A DNA stretch of 64,000 nt from Minisyncoccota bacterium (GCA_018061825.1 JAGOTK010000002.1:100-64099); one strand, 5' to 3'. Counted from the first letter of the stretch, positions 36,419-48,035 are shown. Notes: generated by a model not told the origin, from the sequence alone. A program made the numbers and translations.

Positions 36419-37408
36419 ATGATAAATGAACATATATTTAATAATGGTAAAATGGAAAATCAAGTAGAAAAGTCTTTGCATACTATACTTTCTTTTTCTA
36501 AAGAGAATGTAAAAATTTTTAGGATAGATGATTTTAGTGAAGCTGAAGGACTTGAAAAAAATATTTTCAATGAAGAAGATGCTGTAGAGATTTCTAGTAT
36601 AGTGTCTAATTTGGAAGATAAAAATGTATTTTTACTTAATGAATTTATAAATAAAGATTTTTTTAAGTTAATCAGAGGATTATCAAATATGATACCAAAA
36701 TATGGTAAAAAAGATTCTTTAAAGACTAGTGTGGCTATATTAAATAACATATCTTCAAATTTTGAAGATGAATATATAGATAATTTTAAGATTAGAAATG
36801 ATATTTCATTATTAAGAAGTCTTGGAAATATCAATATATTGGCTCCAGCAGATGCAAATGAGACAGAATATTTATTAAGAGTATATGAAAAGACTTTATT
36901 TAAAAATGTCATAAATAGATTTTCTTATTTTAGATTATCTTCTTTAAATTCTAGTAAGATTTTTAAAGATGATTATTTTATTAAAGAAGGTAATTTAAAA
37001 GAATATACAGGTCTTCCAGAAATAATCTATTTGTCTAAAAATATAAATTCTCCATTTGAAGTAGCTATAATATCTTATGGTCCAATAATTCATAATGTCT
37101 TATACGCCGCAAAAGAATTGGAGGCTAAAAATTATAAAGTCTCGGTATTAAATTTTTCACTAATATCATCTAATAATGAAAATGTAAATCAAAAAATAAA
37201 ACATTTTATAAATAATTTTTCAAATAATAATAAAAATATATTAGTAGTAGAAGAGCATTCAAAAATAGGAGGGCTTGGTAGCTTTATAGCTGAGACTATT
37301 TTAGAAAATAGAAATGACAAACATATAAGACTTGAAAGAATGGGTATAGAAGATGATCTTTCGCCACGCAATATAATATCTAAAGCTGAAGAGATTATTA
37401 GTTTATAA
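36419..37408 (+). CDS. Transketolase C-terminal subunit (pyrimidine-binding + C-terminal domains)
   Basis: ILAPADANETEYLLR (RPADANET-like), EEHSKIGGLGSF. Confidence 0.55.
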   Translation: MINEHIFNNGKMENQVEKSLHTILSFSKENVKIFRIDDFSEAEGLEKNIFNEEDAVEISSIVSNLEDKNVFLLNEFINKDFFKLIRGLSNMIPKYGKKDSLKTSVAILNNISSNFEDEYIDNFKIRNDISLLRSLGNINILAPADANETEYLLRVYEKTLFKNVINRFSYFRLSSLNSSKIFKDDYFIKEGNLKEYTGLPEIIYLSKNINSPFEVAIISYGPIIHNVLYAAKELEAKNYKVSVLNFSLISSNNENVNQKIKHFINNFSNNNKNILVVEEHSKIGGLGSFIAETILENRNDKHIRLERMGIEDDLSPRNIISKAEEIISL

Positions 37409-37442
37409 AATAATATTTTATGTCATTTTTATCAATATATAT

Positions 37443-38720
37443 ATGAATAAAAAAAATAACCTTTTTTATTATTTCAAGATTTTATTTTTTTTAGTTTTTG
37501 TATTTTTAATATTTTATATATCTTACTTTTCAGTGGAAAATTTATTTTTTACAAAAAGATTTTTTAATAATTTAAATGAGGTACAAAAAGTAGAAATATC
37601 TACTTCTACAAATACAGTATTAGAAAATGCGACTACATCATCAAATGTTTTTCATATAAGTACTCCAAAATCTGTGAGAGGCGTATATGTGTCTTCTTGG
37701 GTTATAGGCACACCTAGTGTTAGAAATAACTTTTTTAAAGTTTTTGATAACACAAAACTAAACGCAGTACTTATAGACGTAAAAGATTCATCAGGAGTTA
37801 TAACTTTCGATATAAAAGATCCAATATTAAAAGAGGAGTCTATAATAGAAAACAGAATAAGAGATATAGACTATGTGATAGATTATTTTCATAAAAAAAA
37901 TATTTATGTAATAGGAAGAATAGCTGTGTTTCAAGATCCAGGAGCTGTAAAAAAATTTCCTGAAAGGGCTATAAAAAATAAAAAGACTAATCTGGCATGG
38001 AAAGATTCAAAAGGGCTTTCATGGATAGATGCTGGAAATAAAGAACAGTGGAAATATGCAGAAGATGTAGCTAGTTATGTATATAGTATTGGCTTTGATG
38101 AGGTAAATTTTGATTATATAAGGTTTCCTTCTGATGGGATTTTAAGAGATATGTATCTCCCAAATTCTGAAGGCAAAAATAAGGTAGAGATTGTAAATAG
38201 TTTTTTTTCTTATATAGGTAATGCTATGAAAGAAAAAAATATTCCCACTTCTGCAGATATTTTTGGTCAGACTACTTCAGATGATTCTGGGATGGGTATA
38301 GGACAAACTATTCAAGCAGCATTAAGGTCTTTTGATTATGTGTCACCTATGAGTTATCCTTCACATTATGTTAAAGATTATAATGGTATAAAAAATCCAG
38401 ATGCGAGTCCGTATCAGACTATTCATTTTAGTTATCGAGATGCTATGACAAGAATAGATAAGATGGCAAAAGAAGACGCGACAATTGAGACAAAAATTGG
38501 TACTACTACAAGTTTAGTAATAGATGATATAAAGTACAAATCACAAAAAGATTTATATATAAAAAAATTAAGACCATTCTTACAAGACTTTTCACTACAT
38601 GTTGTTTATGGTAAAAAAGAAATCCTTGATCAAATAAGAGGAATAGAGGAATATGGTATAGATTCATATTTGTTTTGGAATTCTGCTAGCAGATATACAA
38701 AAGAAGCTTATACAAATTAA
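37443..38720 (+). CDS. Putative secreted glycoside-hydrolase-like TIM-barrel protein (COG1306/GHL10-type)
   Basis: RGVYVSSWVIGTP…LNAVLIDVKDSSGVITFD pattern. Confidence 0.4.
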   Translation: MNKKNNLFYYFKILFFLVFVFLIFYISYFSVENLFFTKRFFNNLNEVQKVEISTSTNTVLENATTSSNVFHISTPKSVRGVYVSSWVIGTPSVRNNFFKVFDNTKLNAVLIDVKDSSGVITFDIKDPILKEESIIENRIRDIDYVIDYFHKKNIYVIGRIAVFQDPGAVKKFPERAIKNKKTNLAWKDSKGLSWIDAGNKEQWKYAEDVASYVYSIGFDEVNFDYIRFPSDGILRDMYLPNSEGKNKVEIVNSFFSYIGNAMKEKNIPTSADIFGQTTSDDSGMGIGQTIQAALRSFDYVSPMSYPSHYVKDYNGIKNPDASPYQTIHFSYRDAMTRIDKMAKEDATIETKIGTTTSLVIDDIKYKSQKDLYIKKLRPFLQDFSLHVVYGKKEILDQIRGIEEYGIDSYLFWNSASRYTKEAYTN

Positions 38721-38757
38721 AACCCCTAATCTTTAAATCAAAGAGTAAGGGGTTTTT
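38720..38757. terminator. Bidirectional terminator hairpin (aaacccctaatcttt/aaagagtaaggggttt)
   Basis: Long inverted repeat with G/C core plus T-run. Confidence 0.55.
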
Positions 38758-38776
38758 AAAAAGTAAAGTAAATAAT

Positions 38777-39043
38777 TTAATAGCCTATACTATATCTGTT
38801 AAGGGTAAATATTGTATCTACAATAGCAAGAATACCAAAAGAGTCTTTACGTAAGATATATTCAGACATATTAATATTTTCTAAATAAATAGTATCACCA
38901 CGTTTTTTTATTATTGTGGAGTTTTTGAATGTTACAAATTTATTTTCTTTAATTAAAAAACATTTAATATTTATTTTATTTCCACAGCTTGTAAAGGCAA
39001 GAGATAAAAATAAAAGAACGGCTAATAGAGATAACTTTCTCAT
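38777..39043 (-). CDS. Small lipoprotein (signal peptide + lipobox FTSC)
   Basis: MRKLSLLAVLLFLSLAFTSCGNK. Confidence 0.45.
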   Translation of the reverse strand: MRKLSLLAVLLFLSLAFTSCGNKINIKCFLIKENKFVTFKNSTIIKKRGDTIYLENINMSEYILRKDSFGILAIVDTIFTLNRYSIGY

Positions 39044-39136
39044 TTTAATGGGTTTTTTGTTTTAAAAATATTTTTAAGCTATTTTTATGCTAACAAATTA
39101 AAATATTATGTCAAGTTGTGTTATATTTTTAAAAAT

Positions 39137-40630
39137 ATGAATAATTTTGAATTTAAAATTATAAAAAAATCAACAGAAGCACCAATGGCAAGAATTGGAA
39201 TAATACACACAGCTCATGGAGATATTGAGACTCCTGCATTTATTCCTGTAGGCACAAAGGCTACTGTTAAAAGTATTCTTCCTGAAGACTTTGTTAAATA
39301 TGTAAAATCTGATGCTTTACTTGCAAATACTTATCATCTTTATTTGGAGCCTGGAAATGAGATTGTAAAAAAGCACGGTGGATTTCAAAAAATGATGAAT
39401 TATAATGGGCCATCTTTTACAGATTCTGGAGGATTTCAAGTATTTTCACTTGGTGCTGCGATGGGTGTTGGAGTTTCTAAAATCGCAAAACGTGAAGATC
39501 TTACAAATGAAAATATAGATAAAAATCTAGCTAATAATTTAGAAATAAAAAGTATTTTTTCTAAATTAAAAGATTTTTTTATTATAAACAAAATTCTTTT
39601 TATAGAAATTTTGATTGTTTTGTATGTAGGATTTCTTGTAAGATTTTTAGGGGAAGACATGAACCTATTAGTTAATCTTATAATTATGTTTTTCACTTTT
39701 GTGTTTATAGAGATTTTATTTTTCAAAAAATATAGAATTAAAAATAATTTAGAATTATTAAATTTTAAAAACATTGATAATCAAGAACAGAAATCTCTTG
39801 TAAAAATCTCAGATGAAGGTGTAGAGTTTAGAAGTATAATAGATGGTAGTAAACATTTTTTTACACCAGAAAAAAGTATGGAAATTCAACATGATCTTGG
39901 TGCTGATATATTTTTTGCGTTTGATGAATGTACAAGTCCACTTGCAAATAAAGAATATCAAATAAAATCTTTAAATAGGACACATGAGTGGGCTAAGAGA
40001 TCATTGTTTCACCATCAAAAGCTTGGAAAAAGTGAAGCTACAGGAAAAATGCAAGCCCTATTTGCTGTGGTGCAAGGTGGATCATTTGATGACTTGAGAA
40101 AAGAAAGTGCAAAAACTTTAGGTGAAATGAATGTGGAAATAAATGGAGAAAGAAAGTATTTTGATGGATTTGGAATTGGTGGAAGTTTTACAAAAGAAGA
40201 TATGGCAAAGACGGTAAAAATCTCTACAGAAAACCTTCCTGAAAATAAACCAAGACATCTGCTAGGTATAGGTGAAATAGAAGATTTATTTTTAGGAGTG
40301 GAGTATGGTATAGATACTTTTGATTGTGTCTCTCCTACTAGACTTGCCAGAAATGGATCTCTTTATACAAAAAAAGGAAGGATAAATATTTTTAATAGTA
40401 AATATAAAAATGATTTTTCTCCTGTGTGTGACGATATAGACTGTTATGCACATCAATATACAAAATCTTACTTAGCACATTTATTTAGAAGTAAAGAAAT
40501 GGTCGCCGCTACTATTGCTTCAATACATAATTTGCACTTTATCGTACATTTAGTAAAAGATATTCGTAAGTCAATAATAGATGATAGATTTTTTGAATTC
40601 AAAAAAGAAGTTTTAGAAAATTATAAATAA
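39137..40630 (+). CDS. tgt: Queuine tRNA-ribosyltransferase (tRNA-guanine transglycosylase) carrying a ~125-aa hydrophobic insertion
   Basis: TAHGDIETPAFIPVGT, FTDSGGFQVFSLG, FAFDECT, zinc site CxC…C…H near the C-terminus; the insertion runs 39454-39808 between FSLG and ISDEGVEFRS. Confidence 0.75.
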   Translation: MNNFEFKIIKKSTEAPMARIGIIHTAHGDIETPAFIPVGTKATVKSILPEDFVKYVKSDALLANTYHLYLEPGNEIVKKHGGFQKMMNYNGPSFTDSGGFQVFSLGAAMGVGVSKIAKREDLTNENIDKNLANNLEIKSIFSKLKDFFIINKILFIEILIVLYVGFLVRFLGEDMNLLVNLIIMFFTFVFIEILFFKKYRIKNNLELLNFKNIDNQEQKSLVKISDEGVEFRSIIDGSKHFFTPEKSMEIQHDLGADIFFAFDECTSPLANKEYQIKSLNRTHEWAKRSLFHHQKLGKSEATGKMQALFAVVQGGSFDDLRKESAKTLGEMNVEINGERKYFDGFGIGGSFTKEDMAKTVKISTENLPENKPRHLLGIGEIEDLFLGVEYGIDTFDCVSPTRLARNGSLYTKKGRINIFNSKYKNDFSPVCDDIDCYAHQYTKSYLAHLFRSKEMVAATIASIHNLHFIVHLVKDIRKSIIDDRFFEFKKEVLENYK

Positions 40631-40702
40631 TTTTGTGGATAAGTATTTAATATTAAAAATATTCGCATGATATAATAAATAAAATTATTAAGAAATTAAA
40701 TT

Positions 40703-41146
40703 ATGTTAAAAATTATTTTGTTAAGTTTCATTGGTGCTTTTATAAGTATGCTGATAACTACAATATGGCATTCTTCTAAATTGTTTGGAAAAGTACGCAT
40801 GGACTATCATGCAAAGCAAGCACTTTCTTTTGAGGAGCATATAAATAAAATCCAAGAAAAAAAGCCAGAGCTAATGAAAATTTACTTGATACAATTTTTA
40901 TTTTCTTTTATAACAAGCTTTTTTCTCGCTGTAGTGATGAAAGGAGGCTATGGATTTATTTATAGTAAATATTTATTTATTTTTATAGGTCTTGTTTGGA
41001 TTTCTTTTACTGTTCCAGCTATAGGTACAGATGTGCTATGGAGTGATGCAAAAGGAAAAATAGCTTTTAAAAAGTTTTTGTCTGAGATATTTTCAAGCCT
41101 TTTGACTTTTATCGTCATAATATATGTTTATATTTTGATTTTATAA
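40703..41146 (+). CDS. Hypothetical membrane protein
   Basis: Four TM helices. Confidence 0.4.
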   Translation: MLKIILLSFIGAFISMLITTIWHSSKLFGKVRMDYHAKQALSFEEHINKIQEKKPELMKIYLIQFLFSFITSFFLAVVMKGGYGFIYSKYLFIFIGLVWISFTVPAIGTDVLWSDAKGKIAFKKFLSEIFSSLLTFIVIIYVYILIL

Positions 41147-41289
41147 TTTTAGTTTATATAAAACAGATATAAATTTAAAAAATAAAAGATACTTATTGAT
41201 AAGTGTCTTTTATTTTTTAAATACTTTATTTGACATATTGTTCTATTTTATGTATTATTTAAACATTGTTCATTTAAAAAAAATAAATT

Positions 41290-41748
41290 ATGCAAAGCAA
41301 AAAAATTCACAATTTTAACAAAGAGTCTGGGTTAGAATTTTTTTTTAACGAAAAGAATAGAGAGTTAGAAATATTTTTTACAGGCACATATACTAAAGAG
41401 TGTATGTTAGTAGTAAATAATTATTCTTTTTTGGAAGCCGTAAAACAATTTCTACAAGATCCAAATTTTAAATCTATAAACAAAAATGGAAACATTTTAG
41501 ACTTTGGTGATTTAGAATTTCGATATTTTGGAGAAAAGGTTATGATTTTAACTAAAGAAAAACTTCAGGAAAAATATTATTTCCACAAAAAAGTTTATTT
41601 AAGTTCAGAAAATGATTTGATTTTATGGCTAATCGCCACAGCTGAAAATGATTTTTCTCTTAGAAGAACAAAAAAAGAACTCTCAAAGGGGAACGTAAAA
41701 TTTAAAGATTGGAAATTAGATCATTTAGTAAAAATTGGTACAAATTAA
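41290..41748 (+). CDS. Hypothetical protein (152 aa)
   Basis: ORF followed by the terminator at about 41768-41800. Confidence 0.35.
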   Translation: MQSKKIHNFNKESGLEFFFNEKNRELEIFFTGTYTKECMLVVNNYSFLEAVKQFLQDPNFKSINKNGNILDFGDLEFRYFGEKVMILTKEKLQEKYYFHKKVYLSSENDLILWLIATAENDFSLRRTKKELSKGNVKFKDWKLDHLVKIGTN

Positions 41749-41825
41749 ATTTATTTTTGATTATCAAAAAAAAGGAGTAAAAGCTCCTTTTTTTATTTTT
41801 TCTGTTTTTCTGTTATTATTTAAAT

Positions 41826-43883
41826 ATGAATAAGCTTCCAAATAAATTTGAAATTAAGTCAAAATTAAAGCCAGCTGGTGATCAGCCAAAGGCTATTTTA
41901 GAATTGGTGAAAAGTCTAAAAGAGAATAAATCTAAAAATAAAAGATTAACTCTTCTTGGTGCTACAGGAACAGGAAAGACTTTTACAATGGCAAATGTAA
42001 TAGAAAAAATACAAAAGCCAACACTCGTGATAGCTCACAATAAGACTTTAGCTGCTCAACTTGCTCAAGAATTTAGAACTTTTTTCCCAGATAATGCTGT
42101 GCATTATTTTGTATCTTATTATGATTATTATCAACCAGAAGCATATTTACCAACGACTGATACTTATATAGAAAAAGACGCACAAATAAATGAAGAGATA
42201 GATAGACTTCGTCATGCTTCCACTCAGTCTTTGCTTACAAGAAATGATGTGATTATTATAGCTTCCGTTTCTTGTATTTATGGTCTGGGATCTCCTATAA
42301 ATTATGAAAAAGTGAATAAAAAATTGTACATAGGACAAAAGATTTCAAAAGTTGATTTGATGAAAATGTTTATAGAAATTCATTATGAAAGAACAAATGC
42401 AGATTTATCATCTGGAACTTTTAGAGCTATTGGAAACAGAATAGATATCATGCCAATGAGTGAGACTACGATGCTTCAAATAGATATAGAAAATTCTGTG
42501 ATAAGTAAATTGATTATCACTGATCCTGTATCAATGAGAGAAATAAAAGAAGTGGAAGACTATTTTATTTTTCCAGCAAAACATTTCATTTCTGATAAAT
42601 TTGCACAAGAAAAAGCTTTAAAGACTATTCAATCAGAATTAAAAATTAGAATAAAAGAGTTAGAAAAGGAAACAAAAAATGGTAATAATAAACTTTTAGA
42701 GATAGAAAGACTTAAAAGAAGAACACAATATGATCTAGCTAGTATAAAAGAATTTGGATATTGTTCTGGAATAGAAAATTATTCAAGACATTTTTCAGAA
42801 AAGATGACAGGTGAGCCTCCAGATACTTTGATAGAATATTTTGGAATGAATGGAAGAGAATTTTTGACAATGATAGACGAGTCACATGTTACTCTTCCAC
42901 AAATTCGTGCAATGTATAATGGGGATCAAGCAAGAAAACAAACTCTTGTAGATTTTGGTTTTCGTTTACCTAGCGCTAAAGATAATAGACCTTTAAAATA
43001 TGATGAATTTGAAAAAAAGGTTCAAGATGTTGTGTATGTATCAGCTACACCATCTATTTATGAAAAAGAAAACTCAGAAAAGATCATTCAACAAATAATT
43101 CGTCCTACAGGTCTTATTGATCCAAAATTAGAAATAAAACCCATAATGGAAAAAGGAAAATACAAAGGTCAGGTACATGACTTTATTTCTGAAGCAGAAA
43201 AAGAGATAAAAAAAGGTAATAGAGTATTAGCTACTACGCTTACAAAAAAAATGGCTGAAAGTTTATCAGAATATTTGAAAGAGAAAAAGATAAAATCTGA
43301 GTATTTACATAGTGGAGTAGAAACTTTGGAAAGAATAGAAATTTTAACAAGATTAAGAAAGGGAGATTTTGATTGTCTTGTAGGAGTAAATCTTTTAAGA
43401 GAGGGACTTGATTTGCCTGAGGTCACTCTTATTGGAATTCTTGATGCTGATAAAGAAGGCTTTTTGAGAAGTGAGACATCGCTGATACAGACGATTGGTC
43501 GTGCTGCAAGAAATGTTGATGGTAGAGTTATTCTTTATGCAGATAGAATGACAGGCTCTATGGAACGTGCAATAGGTGAGACGGAAAGAAGAAGAAAAAT
43601 TCAAATTGAATATAATGTAAAAAATAATATCACCCCAACTACAATTTCTAAACATATTAAAGATATTACAGAAGAATTAAAAAAAGATCATCAAAAATCT
43701 GTAGAATTTGAACTTAATATAGATAGGAAGTTATTTGCAAAAAATCCAAATAAACTTATAAGATTAAAAGAAAAGCAAATGTCTGAAGCTGTAAAGTCTC
43801 TTGATTTTGAGACAGCTGCCATACTTCGTGACGAGGTAAAGATTTTAAAAGAAAAGACTGTCAAAGAATCTTTAGAAAAATAA
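41826..43883 (+). CDS. uvrB: Excinuclease ABC subunit B
   Basis: GATGTGKTF Walker A, DESH, beta-hairpin region, C-terminal UVR domain. Confidence 0.9.
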   Translation: MNKLPNKFEIKSKLKPAGDQPKAILELVKSLKENKSKNKRLTLLGATGTGKTFTMANVIEKIQKPTLVIAHNKTLAAQLAQEFRTFFPDNAVHYFVSYYDYYQPEAYLPTTDTYIEKDAQINEEIDRLRHASTQSLLTRNDVIIIASVSCIYGLGSPINYEKVNKKLYIGQKISKVDLMKMFIEIHYERTNADLSSGTFRAIGNRIDIMPMSETTMLQIDIENSVISKLIITDPVSMREIKEVEDYFIFPAKHFISDKFAQEKALKTIQSELKIRIKELEKETKNGNNKLLEIERLKRRTQYDLASIKEFGYCSGIENYSRHFSEKMTGEPPDTLIEYFGMNGREFLTMIDESHVTLPQIRAMYNGDQARKQTLVDFGFRLPSAKDNRPLKYDEFEKKVQDVVYVSATPSIYEKENSEKIIQQIIRPTGLIDPKLEIKPIMEKGKYKGQVHDFISEAEKEIKKGNRVLATTLTKKMAESLSEYLKEKKIKSEYLHSGVETLERIEILTRLRKGDFDCLVGVNLLREGLDLPEVTLIGILDADKEGFLRSETSLIQTIGRAARNVDGRVILYADRMTGSMERAIGETERRRKIQIEYNVKNNITPTTISKHIKDITEELKKDHQKSVEFELNIDRKLFAKNPNKLIRLKEKQMSEAVKSLDFETAAILRDEVKILKEKTVKESLEK

Positions 43884-43923
43884 TTTAAGATTAAAAATAA
43901 ATAAATTGTGATAAGATATAATT

Positions 43924-44538
43924 ATGAAAAATATTAATCTAAAAAGTAAAAAAGGAATTATTTTAGGAATGATTTTCTTATTTATTATTTTGTTTCTTAT
44001 TATTATTTTAAATAAAGGATTAAAAGAAAAAGCTTTAAATATATTAGGAGAAAAAAAAGAATCTTTAATTGATACAGTGAGTGATAATGATTATGAAAAA
44101 TTCTCAGGAGAGATAGTTGCCTATTTTGAAGGAAAATGGATCTTGTCTTTTTCTTTTTTGCATAAAAAAGATTTAAAGATAGAGCAAGGAAAAGGTGAAG
44201 AATCCAGATGGTTTAGAGTTTTAGATTCTGAAAACAAAAATAAAATAATAATATATTTTACTTATGAAGGTGGTAGAGGGTGGAAAGCTGAAGATTATAT
44301 AAATAATATTACGAACGGTCAAAAGGATCTAAAAATCCTTGATGTCAGATTTTTAGACAACAGCACTTCATCTATAAAATATATATCTATGGAAGATAAA
44401 AATCTAGAATATTTTATAGAAGAGGTTAAAAATGAAAAAGGAGAGCCTTGGCTAGTGATAGTAGAAAATACTGACGCAAAAGATGAAGTCTCACAAAATG
44501 TCACAAGAGATATTATTAGAAGTTTTGAAGGGAAATAA
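43924..44538 (+). CDS. Hypothetical membrane-anchored protein (204 aa)
   Basis: N-terminal TM; no motifs. Confidence 0.35.
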   Translation: MKNINLKSKKGIILGMIFLFIILFLIIILNKGLKEKALNILGEKKESLIDTVSDNDYEKFSGEIVAYFEGKWILSFSFLHKKDLKIEQGKGEESRWFRVLDSENKNKIIIYFTYEGGRGWKAEDYINNITNGQKDLKILDVRFLDNSTSSIKYISMEDKNLEYFIEEVKNEKGEPWLVIVENTDAKDEVSQNVTRDIIRSFEGK

Positions 44539-44677
44539 AAGATAATTATTTTGTAAAACTAAAATGTAAAAAAGCTCCTGCTGTTAATATTATTATTACT
44601 ATTGCAACAATAATTATATTAGTTTTGAAATTTAATTTCATATTTTAAATTTTAAGTAAAAATGTTATCATAAGCAA

Positions 44678-47350
44678 ATGTCTAAAGAAATAATTAAAAC
44701 TAAAAAAGAAGGGAAAAAAGAATTTGAGATGAGTGATAAGATTATAGTAAGAGGTGCTAGGACTCATAATCTTAAAAATATCACAGTAGAAATGCCTCGC
44801 CACAAAATGATTGTAATGACAGGATTATCTGGAAGTGGAAAATCTTCCCTTGCTTTTGATACTATATTTGCAGAAGGTCAGAGAAGATATGTAGAGAGTC
44901 TTTCTGCTTATGCTCGTCAATTTTTAAACCAAATGCAAAAGCCAGATGTGGATGAGATAATTGGTCTTTCTCCAGCCATTTCTATTGATCAAAAATCTGC
45001 TGGTAGAAATCCGAGAAGTACTGTAGCCACCATCACTGAAATTTATGATTATCTTCGTGTACTTTATGCAAGAATTGGTAAACCTTACTGTATCGATTGT
45101 GGACATAAAATAGAAAAATTGAGTAACGAAGAAATAATTAATTTTATTTTAGAAAAAGTTAAAAAAATAGATTATAGAAAATTTGAAAAAGATGTAAAAA
45201 GTATAAAAGGTGTAAAATTTTCAGATTTAGGAATTCGTATTCTTTCGCCTATGGTGAGAGGAAGAAAAGGGGAATATTATCAAATGCTTTATGACATGCT
45301 AGGCAAAGGGTACAAAGAAGTGATAATAGATGGAGAAAAATATAATCTTAGAGATAGAATAGAGCTTTCAAAGACTAAAAAACATAATATTTCTTTTATT
45401 GTAGATTTTATTTTAATAGATGAATTGAAACTTTTGGAAAGTAAAAAAGACGCAATGATTAGACTTTCAGAATCTATAGAGAGAGCGCTTCATGAGTCAG
45501 ACGGATTGGTAGAAATAGAATCTGTAGATGATAAAGGAAATATAGAAAAGACTATTATGAGTAATAAATTTGCGTGTAGCAAATGTGGTTTTTCATTTCC
45601 AGAAATAGAACCAAGATTATTTTCTTTCAATTCTCCATACGGTGCTTGTGAGACTTGTAATGGACTTGGAACAAAATATTTTGGAGCACTCGATGAATGT
45701 GAAGATTGTAAAGGTAAAAGACTTCGTAAGGAATCCTTAAATATTTTTTTAAGTGATAAAAAAGAAGACAAATTAAACATAGTAGATATCACTAATTTAA
45801 CAATAGAAGAAGCGAGAAAATATTTTGAAAAGTTACAAAATATTTTTACAAAAAAGGAATTAGAAATTACAAATGTGATTATAAGAGAGATAGAGTCTAG
45901 ATTAGAGTTTATGTTAAATGTGGGTCTTAATTATTTAACTCTTAATAGAAAAGCTGACACTTTATCAGGAGGTGAAGCTCAGAGAATTCGTCTTGCTTCA
46001 CAGCTTGGTTCAAAATTAGTAGGTGCTTTATATGTTTTAGATGAGCCTACGATAGGGCTTCATCAAAAAGATAATGATAAACTTATAAAAACACTTACTC
46101 AGCTTCGCGATATGGGAAATACTATAATAATAGTAGAGCATGATGAGGATACTATTTATGCTAGTGATTATATTATTGATATTGGTCCTAAAGCTGGAGT
46201 CCATGGAGGAGAAATAATAGTGTCAGGATATCTTGATGAGCTTTTGATGGCAAAAACAAATAAGTCAAAATCGTTAACTTTGGCATATTTAAGAGGAGAA
46301 GAGCAAATATCAATTCCGAAAAAAAGAAGAGAAGGAAATGGCGGTTTTATATCTGTAAAAAATGGAAATGTTTTTAATATTAAAAATTTAAACACAAAGA
46401 TACCTCTCGGAAAATTTAATGTTATTACTGGAGTTTCTGGATCTGGAAAATCTAGTTTTATGTATGAGATTCTTTATAAAAATCTCTTAGGAAGACTTGA
46501 AAGAAAACACAGGACTGCAAAAATTTACAATTGTGAAGAATTTACAGGTACAGAATATATATCAAGAGTGATAATGATAGATCAGTCACCAATAGGTAGA
46601 ACTCCAAGAAGTAATCCAGCTACATATACAGGAGCTTGGACTTTTATTCGTGAGCTTTTTGCAAACACTGAAGAAGCAAGAATTCGTGGTTGGACTCATT
46701 CTAGGTTTTCTTTTAATAGAAAAGGTGGTAGATGTGAAGCTTGTGAAGGAAATGGTGAGATTGCAGTAGAAATGCATTTTCTTCCAACTGTGTATGTCAC
46801 TTGTGATGTATGTAATGGTAAAAGATTTATGAAGGAGACTTTGGAAGTAAAATATAAAAATAAAAGCATATACGATATTTTGACAATGACAGTAGAAGAT
46901 GGATTAGATTTTTTTTATAGTATTCCAGCAGTTTATGACAGAATGAAAAGTCTCAATGATGTAGGATTAGGATATCTTACTCTTGGTCAAAGTGCTACAA
47001 CTCTCTCAGGAGGTGAAGCTCAAAGAGTAAAAATATCTAGTGAGCTTTATAGGCAACATGTAGAAAAAACTATTTATCTATTAGATGAGCCTTCTATTGG
47101 ATTACACTACGAAGATGTAAAAAAGCTTTTAGAAATATTGAATAGACTTGTTGACCATGGAAACACTGTAGTACTTATTGAGCATAATCTTGATATTGTT
47201 AAGAATGCAGACAATATTATTGATATTGGTCCAGAAGGGGGAGTAAATGGTGGAAAAATCTTGTGTACAGGAACCCCAGAGTATATTGCAAATGTAAAAG
47301 AGTCTTTTACAGGTCAATATTTAAAGAAAGTATTAAAAAGAAATAAATAG
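44678..47350 (+). CDS. uvrA: Excinuclease ABC subunit A
   Basis: Two ABC ATPase modules ([27 protein letters not shown] x2) and zinc-finger cysteine clusters. Confidence 0.9.
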   Translation: MSKEIIKTKKEGKKEFEMSDKIIVRGARTHNLKNITVEMPRHKMIVMTGLSGSGKSSLAFDTIFAEGQRRYVESLSAYARQFLNQMQKPDVDEIIGLSPAISIDQKSAGRNPRSTVATITEIYDYLRVLYARIGKPYCIDCGHKIEKLSNEEIINFILEKVKKIDYRKFEKDVKSIKGVKFSDLGIRILSPMVRGRKGEYYQMLYDMLGKGYKEVIIDGEKYNLRDRIELSKTKKHNISFIVDFILIDELKLLESKKDAMIRLSESIERALHESDGLVEIESVDDKGNIEKTIMSNKFACSKCGFSFPEIEPRLFSFNSPYGACETCNGLGTKYFGALDECEDCKGKRLRKESLNIFLSDKKEDKLNIVDITNLTIEEARKYFEKLQNIFTKKELEITNVIIREIESRLEFMLNVGLNYLTLNRKADTLSGGEAQRIRLASQLGSKLVGALYVLDEPTIGLHQKDNDKLIKTLTQLRDMGNTIIIVEHDEDTIYASDYIIDIGPKAGVHGGEIIVSGYLDELLMAKTNKSKSLTLAYLRGEEQISIPKKRREGNGGFISVKNGNVFNIKNLNTKIPLGKFNVITGVSGSGKSSFMYEILYKNLLGRLERKHRTAKIYNCEEFTGTEYISRVIMIDQSPIGRTPRSNPATYTGAWTFIRELFANTEEARIRGWTHSRFSFNRKGGRCEACEGNGEIAVEMHFLPTVYVTCDVCNGKRFMKETLEVKYKNKSIYDILTMTVEDGLDFFYSIPAVYDRMKSLNDVGLGYLTLGQSATTLSGGEAQRVKISSELYRQHVEKTIYLLDEPSIGLHYEDVKKLLEILNRLVDHGNTVVLIEHNLDIVKNADNIIDIGPEGGVNGGKILCTGTPEYIANVKESFTGQYLKKVLKRNK

Positions 47351-47430
47351 ATAATTTGACTATTTCTCTATATTGTGATAAATATAATATGGTATAAACG
47401 TTATTTATAAAAACATTAAATTAGTTAAAA

Positions 47431-47898
47431 ATGCAAAACAAATTAGAGTCTAGTATTAGAAAAGAGGATTTAGATTTATTATTTTTTTTTAAAAATAAAA
47501 GTACATTATTGTCTCACGTTGAATTAGGTAATGCACAAGTTATTTTTGAAAGAAACAAAAACTTTCCAAAAAGAGATGATTATTTAAATTTATTTTTAAC
47601 AGAAATTTCTACTAAACATTTAGATTCAAAAGGTTGGATTTTGAGAGATTATTTTATTTTTTTTGAAAAATTATTTTTTCAAGTAGAAAAAATAAGCATT
47701 AAAAATAACTTTTACATATTTTTAGTTAATTTTTATGTTAATAAAAGTAGTAATAAAAAGATTTCAAAAGAAAAATTATTCAAATTACAAGAATTTATGA
47801 GTAAAGATTTTTCTGAGAAAGAAATAAAAGTTTTAGAAAAGATTAAGAAAAAGACTATTTTAGATTTATTGTTATTTTTCTTAAATAAGTCACAATAA
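47431..47898 (+). CDS. Hypothetical protein (155 aa)
   Basis: ORF followed by the terminator at 47931-47964. Confidence 0.35.
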   Translation: MQNKLESSIRKEDLDLLFFFKNKSTLLSHVELGNAQVIFERNKNFPKRDDYLNLFLTEISTKHLDSKGWILRDYFIFFEKLFFQVEKISIKNNFYIFLVNFYVNKSSNKKISKEKLFKLQEFMSKDFSEKEIKVLEKIKKKTILDLLLFFLNKSQ

Positions 47899-47930
47899 AG
47901 CTTTTTAATTAAGAAATAGTTAAAATTTTA

Positions 47931-47964
47931 AAAAAGACCAGTTTAAACTGGTCTTTTGTTTTTT
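47931..47964 (+). terminator. Rho-independent terminator (aaaagaccagttt/aaactggtctttt + T-run)
   Basis: 13-bp inverted repeat. Confidence 0.6.
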
Positions 47965-48035
47965 GATTTATTTTGTGTTATAATTTTGAAATCTAAATAT
48001 TCTAATTAAATTTATTTAATATGATTTTTAGATAT

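Noticed and set aside
39116-39136. TTG-initiated N-terminal extension of tgt
   Set aside because: The first ATG at 39137 aligns with Tgt N-termini, and the upstream sequence is promoter-like.
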